From: Camelus dromedarius
Taxonomy: Eukaryota
DNA length: 64,000 bases
Reading direction: 5' to 3'
NCBI RefSeq assembly: GCF_036321535.1
Contig: NC_087436.1
Location: forward strand, 117,802,001 to 117,866,000
The notes under the pieces were generated by a model, which worked only from the letters and a program-made list of their open reading frames with translations, searched no databases and was not told where the DNA came from. Below are positions 58,373-64,000 of the stretch, in pieces (position 1 is the stretch's first letter; the number at the start of each line of letters is the position of its first letter). The position numbers were made by a program, and so were the translations under genes.

Positions 58373-60268
58373 CACACTCAAACTGTGATTTCATTGATAT
58401 TGTTGCTTAGGATGAGATTAAAAAGTTTCTAAAAGGTGAGGCAATTGAGAGAAAATTGTTGAGTAAACTCAGTCCAGGTGGGGCAAGGTGTGGTACAATC
58501 AGGAAGGTGGTGAGAAGTGGTGAAGGGGGAGCGGCTTAGGGGAGTCTATCCGCCCTCCTCCAGGACCCGGAGATGGGTGGTGGGTACCGTGGCATCGCTG
58601 CCCTCCTTCAAAGGAGGAAAGGCCGGGGCCCACACCCACCGCCTCCCAGGGCCTTTCTTGGGATTATGGCAGCCACCAACCAATGGTCCCCGAGCACCTG
58701 GACCATCCCCCATGACAGAGGCAGCAAAGATGGGGTCCTCCCTTCCCCAGCTCCCTGGCAGCTTGGGGTCACCCAGAGACCCAGGTCTGGCCAATGAGAC
58801 AAAAACAATAAGAGTATAAAACAAGACAGGGCACTGCCCGAGGTTCCGGACTACTCTCCATATTGATATTGACTCTGGGTCCCAGTTGACTTCCGGGCCA
58901 CACACACCCCAAGGCACTAGGCATGGCTGTTCCAACAGCCTGAAAGGAAACTCAGCTGGTAACTAAAACCTGGAATAACGGAAAGGAAAACAGGTGCAAG
59001 GGTCACGCCTGGCACACAGTAGGCACTTAGCACAAGTTCATTTATTATTATGAATATTCCGCCCCAGTGCCTCCTGTCTGTAGTCAGTCTGCTATTAAAC
59101 ACGTTTAAGGCATGGAAAGGCTGGGACCAGTGCCTGCACATGAAAACTGTTCCATTCATGTTAGTTGCAGTTCTTATTGTTATCATAGCATCCTGGGGAT
59201 GGCCATCATTTATTCATTCAGCAAACGTCTATCAGATACCCAGTTGGGCCAGGCACAGTCTTGGCACTGTGGAGTCAGTAGGGAAAAAGGCTGTGTCTCT
59301 GCCCTACCAGGAACCCAGGCTCTAAACAATCTATCCCACACTTAGTAAGAATTGTGGCACATGCCAGGGACCAGGAAAGCATAAGTCAGGGGCATTGAGT
59401 TTAGCCTGGGACGCCCTAGGGAGCAGCTGTCACAAGCTGGGACGTCAGGAACTAGCCGGACTCAACCCAGCTAAGAATAGGGAAGAGACGTCCAGGGCTG
59501 CTCAGCAAATCGGGCACGAAAGCCAGTGGGCCAGCCCGTCGGGCCTCGGCTCCCAGGCCCAGAGTTTGGGATGGGGCCAGGCTGGCTCAGAGTGGGCCCA
59601 GCATTGGCAGACGCCTTAGCACTGAAGGCTGGGTAGTGCTGCCCGGCTGCCTCCCTGACCTCCCTGGGTATCCTCTTTGTGTGACAGCTGTCCCCCATGC
59701 GGAGCCCCTTGGGATCCAGTTTCTGGAGAGTCTGACTTGCAAAACCCAGTGTATTGTCCTAAAACAGCAGGCTCTGGGGAGGGCTCAATGCTGTCGTGGC
59801 CAGCATGACGCTGTCTTCCTCTCTGAAAAGAATTACTTTACATCAATAGATGTAAATTGTGCCCAGGATGTGCCAACATCCACGGCTTTTAATTGACTTG
59901 GGCTTAATTAATGATTTGGACAACATTCACGGCTAGCCTGAGGCTCCAAGGAGGGGTTGGGGATGGTTAACAATGTGCAAGGCTTTACTGGGGACGTTCC
60001 GATCAATTGTCGCTAGGTCCTGGGTGGAGATGCCTTTGAAGTGGGACAACACAGGGTAGAATGGGAAAATATTTGCTGAGAGAATCCAGACTGGTCCCCC
60101 GTCTTGCATCTTCCTTCCTGGGGCTCAAGTCCAGCCTTGAGTCCTGCCTTCTTACTACATCCGGAGGAGACGCCCCCGCTCCTCTCCTAGTCCCGAGTCC
60201 CCTCTGACATAGACCCCGAGGGCTGGGCCTGTCCTTCCTTGGTAGTTTCTAGAGTCTTCGGTTTATTT

Positions 60269-60700
60269 GTATTCCCAGGGAATTCGGCAAGATTCCTGCA
60301 AGTGTCCTCTGCGGTTTCTAAGATAATTGAATGCAAGTTCTGTGAACGTTTCATGGGAATCTTATTAGCATGCCTTGAGAGTTAGTTAAAAATTCCATAG
60401 AAGCTGAGGGAACTTTTCAAGTAGGAATTCCGGGGTATTTCTGTGAGAATTCATCAAGGCTCACACAGCAACTCTGGGAGGTTTTCATGAACATTCGTTG
60501 AGAATTCCATAGGGCTTCTCCGACCGTGATGTGAGACTCGTGAGAGGGTTCACCACAAAAGAGGAGTAACAGATGGGAGAATTCTGGAAACAGCCCAAGG
60601 AAACGCAGCAGGACCTCCGAGAGTGCTCAGGAAACATTTCATGAGGATCCTCTGCAAAACTTCCATACAAAGGATTCTGGAATTCCACAGGACTTCTTTG
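60269..60700. repeat. Cryptic degenerate tandem repeat, period about 11 bp, GAATTC core
   Basis: GAATTC at 60280, 60425, 60447, 60502, 60579 and 60680; in-phase variants GTATTC, GATTCC, GAATCT, AAATTC, ACATTC, GGATCC, GACTTC. Confidence 0.7.
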
Positions 60701-61089
60701 GGAGTGTTGTAAGAGCTTCACGAGCATCCGTAAGAGAACTGCCTGTAGGAGCTGCCATCACTTTAGCCCCACTTTCCCCATGTGTCAGAACTTCAGCTTC
60801 TGAATCATCAGGGCTCCCAAGAAAAATGGCTCCTAGTCTGTCTCTTTGGGCTCCATTTCATTAAAAAAATTTCCACTAAAAAAACCCCAATTTGCTAGAA
60901 ATATCCTTACTTCTGATACCTGTTAAGGGTCTAAAAGCAATAGGTAGATGACTGACTATGAAAAGACAAAACAAATGAGTGAAAGAGTTGGGACCACTTG
61001 GAAGAAGAGAGAATCATCCAGTCTCCTTCCACTCCCTAAGAGTCCTCTGATGAAGGTTTGCCGCTCCATATGTTACACACATGGTCTTG

Positions 61090-61260
61090 TGGCAGGGGCA
61101 GGAGCACTGGAGCAGGGGGCTGAAGCCCTTGGTTCCAGTTCTAGCTCTGTCCTTAACTCAGTGCTTCACTTTGGACCAATCTCTGGTCTCAGTTTCTCCT
61201 TTTGGAAAATAAATGTTGGGCTAGGGAGCCTCCAAGAGTTCTTCCAGTCCTGACAGTCTG
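61090..61260 (+). mobile_element. MIR3/MIR
   Basis: AGGAGCACTGGAGCAGGGG...GGTTCCAGTTCTAGCTCTG...TCTCAGTTTCTCCTTTTGGAAAAT...CTTCCAGTCCTGACAGTCTG. Confidence 0.75.
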
Positions 61261-61269
61261 TTTCTGCAA

Positions 61270-61522
61270 GATGATGGTGGTAAAGATGATGATGGTGTTG
61301 GTGAAGGTGATGACAATGGTGATAGTGAGGTTGGTGGTAGTGATAATGAAAATGGGGATGATGGTGGTAATAAAGCTGCTGTTGCTGATGGTGATGAAGG
61401 TGGTGAGTGATGACAGTGATGGTGATGATGGTGATGATGGTGACAATGGTGATGGTGATGATGGTGACAATGGTGATGGTGATGATGGTGGTGGTGGTGA
61501 TGGTAACAGTGATTACCACCAC
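61270..61522 (+). repeat. Degenerate (GAT/GGT)n trinucleotide tract
   Basis: GATGATGGTGGTAAAGATGATGATGGTG...GGTGACAATGGTGATGGTGATGAT. Confidence 0.93.
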
Positions 61523-61539
61523 TGAGTACTTACCACTGC

Positions 61540-61810
61540 ACCCCATATCTGTCAGGAATTGGACAATGAACCCAGGTGTGAAGGGGATCACCTTGAACTT
61601 GCCTTTCATGTCTGCACATTACCTTCAGTTCAGCCCAACTGCCTGCTGAGTACCACTAAGTGACCCCAGCCAAAGCCACACGGAGCTTGAGAATGGCCCC
61701 GTGAACCCTGCCCAGATCTGACCCCCAAATCATGACATAGAAAAAAATGATTGTTTTAAGTCACTAACTATGGGGTCATTTGTTACCCAGCAGTAGCTGA
61801 TTGGAAACCT
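61540..61810 (+). mobile_element. MLT1 (F/H-like) LTR 3' part
   Basis: CCCTGCCCAGATCTGACCCCCAAATCATGA...TTGTTTTAAGTCACTAA...TTTGTTACCCAGCAGTAG. Confidence 0.7.
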
Positions 61811-62659
61811 GATTCCCTCTACCTTCGATCTGGACAGTCACTCACTCAGAGATGTGAAATCGGATTAGATGACCAGCAAGTACCATTGCAGGAATTGCAG
61901 GGGGAGGTCAGAGGAGCAAGGGGAAAAGTTTGAGACCCTACTAAGTGCCAGGCCCCAAGGCAAGTGCTGCCACCTCTGGTGTCCCCAGGGGTCTTGCACT
62001 GACTGCATGAGGTAGCAATACCTCTCCCTGTTCTGCAGAGCGGCACCAGAGGCCTGGAGAGGGTGAGTCAACCGGCTCAAAGTCATCCCACCCGGCGGTA
62101 GCACCCTGGCGCTCGTGCATTTCTTCATTCACCCATCCATCCAGCCAACGTCTGTCAAGTGTCCCCTTGTAAGCCAGGCCTCAGATGAGGTGCTGGGGGG
62201 CATGGGTGAAAAAAAGGAAGAGGCGAGTCAGTATCAGGGATTGGGAGCGGTTGTGGGGGTGGAGGGTACAGATTTCAGTGGGGTACTCGGAAGGGGCCCA
62301 TCTGCAAAGGGGAGGATTGATCCAGTGTGGAAGAGGGGAGGCCTGGAGCCGGCTGGCCTGGGGCCCAAACTCTGCAGCCTGCAGGGACTGACGCCCCTCC
62401 AGCTCCCTAGCAGGACTTGAGAATCCAGGCTCCAACCAGGGCCCTGGGTCTGGGGCAGGGTTGGGCAGGCTACGTGGCACCAGATAATGATGTCTCTGCG
62501 TCGCCCACGCGGGCGGGCGAACCAACTGCGAACACCATCCGGTGGCTCTGTGTTAATTGCTTCGAGCACAAAGGGCCATATAATTTGGATCAAAAGGCCC
62601 TTCCTTCTTGGCGAAGTCTTAATTGCGGCCAGTCTCTTGGCCGCCGGGGTGAGCTGAGC

Positions 62660-62850
62660 CAGGAGCACTCCCTCTGGAGTCGTGCGGTCCGGATTCTGGT
62701 CTCTGCTTTGCCACTTGCTGATCTGTGTTGCTTAAACCTCTCCCGGCCTCAGTTTCTTTGCCTTTAAAATGGGAGTGAAATCTGCCCCCTGATTACCTCA
62801 TGGCACTGTCAGTAAGGATCAAGTCGGGAAGACAGTGTGAGAATAATTCC
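62660..62850 (+). mobile_element. MIR SINE
   Basis: CTCTGGAGTC...TTTGCCACTTGCTG...AACCTCTCCCGGCCTCAGTTTCTTTGCCTTTAAAATGGG. Confidence 0.7.
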
Positions 62851-62919
62851 TTAAATACGTCCCAAATCCTAAGTTCTAGCTACACCAGACAACTCGTGGT
62901 TCTTTGAGCTCATCCTGCA

Positions 62920-63620
62920 ATGTTCATCCATCAATCCATCCATCCATCCAGCATCTCCTGTGTGCCCATTTTGTATGAGGCATGGGTTCTGGGGTTGCAG
63001 AGATCACTAGAACAGAGTCACTGGCCTCTAAGAGCAGACTGTCTGGAGAGGAGATGGGCAAGGAAACAGAAAAAAAGACAAGTAGATAGCCATGGCCCTG
63101 TAGGAGAGGGCAGTTAGGGGTTGGGCTTTGAAACTTAAATAGAAGTCTGGTTCTCAGAGAAGTATGGAAGGACATTCAGTGCAGAGAGGCAAGGCAAGCT
63201 GCAGTGTATTAGGAATGGGGGAAGCACCAGGGGGGAGCCCAGGTGGGCAGTGGTGGGGTGCATGGGTAATGAGGCTGGGAATGCAGAGTCTGGATTAAAG
63301 GGGCCCCTACAGGCTGGCAGGAGAGTCTGGACATGGTTCCTCAGCGACTAGAAGCCATGGAAAGATTTTCAGGAGGGGAGAGATTGAATGAGCCTTATTT
63401 GGGGGAGGGATCCCTAGGGGCAGCGTGGAGGGTGGAATGGCGAAAGGCTGGGAGCAAAACAACCTGTGGGAGGCAGTTGCAATGATTTAGATAAGACATC
63501 ATTCATCCACTCAACAAATACTCATTGGACACCTACCAAAAGCCTGGCACAGGACAGGTGCTGGGGGTACAGAAGACAGTGCTCACATTCTAGGGGGCAA
63601 AGACCCTAAGCATAACACAT
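62920..63620 (-). mobile_element. L2 fragments
   Basis: TTCATCCATCAATCCATCC...GAAGCCATGGAAAGATTTTCAGG...GGGAGGCAGTTGCAATG; CATTCATCCACTCAACAAATACTCATTG. Confidence 0.7.
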
Positions 63621-63689
63621 AAGGAGGTGTGGGCTGCTGACAGGCGCCGTGGAGAAAACTGCACATGGGTTGATGCCCGACCGGTGGGT

Positions 63690-64000
63690 GTGGTTGGTTG
63701 GCTCCCAGTATCCCGGCTCACCTCCAGCTGTGGCTCCTTCCTCGCCTGCAGGGACTGGAAAGCCAAAAACTTTATTTCCCAGACTTCCTTGCAGCTGGGG
63801 ATGGAGACAAATTAGGTTCCACTGAGTCCACACAGTCAGAGCGGAAGAGAAAGTGAGGCTGGGCCCTCTTTCTACTGCTTTGGGCTACTTTCTGGTTGGC
63901 AGCCAGGGCGCCTTCCTGCAGCAAGCAGCGCTTTAGTGAGTCCGGGCAGGGACAGAGGGCAGGGGCGGTGTCTCTCCTCTGGGTTTCGGTGCGCAGCTCT
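63690..64000 (+). mobile_element. ERVL LTR (LTR33/LTR16-like), runs off the window end
   Basis: CTGGAAAGCCAAAAACTTTATTTCCCAGACTTCCTTGCAGCTGGG. Confidence 0.55.

Noticed and set aside
60269..60700. CRISPR-like array or cloning/linker artefact (many EcoRI sites)
   Set aside because: No identical repeat-spacer structure, mammalian context, and the sites grade into in-phase degenerate variants, which ligation artefacts would not produce
43744..61522. The (CAT/CAC)n tract and the (GAT/GGT)n tract as a long-range inverted repeat
   Set aside because: Complementary only at the level of simple-repeat composition, 17 kb apart, with no shared unique sequence
61166..61649. His/Thr/Ile-rich and Met/Val/Asp-rich ORFs
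   Set aside because: Translations of the (GAT/GGT)n tract, overlapping MIR and MLT1

Overview
Mammalian, repeat-rich, GC-moderate non-coding DNA (intergenic or deep intronic). It is most likely from a camelid, because it carries four copies of a tRNA-derived SINE (GGGTATAGCTCAGTGG...GGGTTCAATCCCCAGTACCTCC plus A-rich tail) resembling the camelid vic-1 family, along with young artiodactyl-type L1 3' ends. I found no credible protein-coding exon; the ORF track reflects chance ORFs, simple repeats and decayed L1 ORF2. Supported features: a full-length retroposed U6 snRNA pseudogene with a 16-bp target-site duplication (TSD), two ERV1-type solo LTRs, many L1/L2/MIR/MLT1 fragments, DNA transposon fossils (Charlie1, Tigger1 derivative, MER58A, MER63, MER102, MER5, MER94) and microsatellites. 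There is also a CpG-island-like segment near 2 kb and several repeat-free blocks rich in homeodomain motifs that look like conserved enhancers. The least expected signals are a cryptic ~11-bp-period GAATTC-core repeat (60.27-60.70 kb), a local duplication of an already decayed MIR, and a CpG-enriched MIR next to a CHR/E2F-like motif. I cannot support a new multi-gene system here. Repeat subfamily names are recognised from memory of consensus sequences and need RepeatMasker/Dfam confirmation; boundaries of old repeats are approximate.
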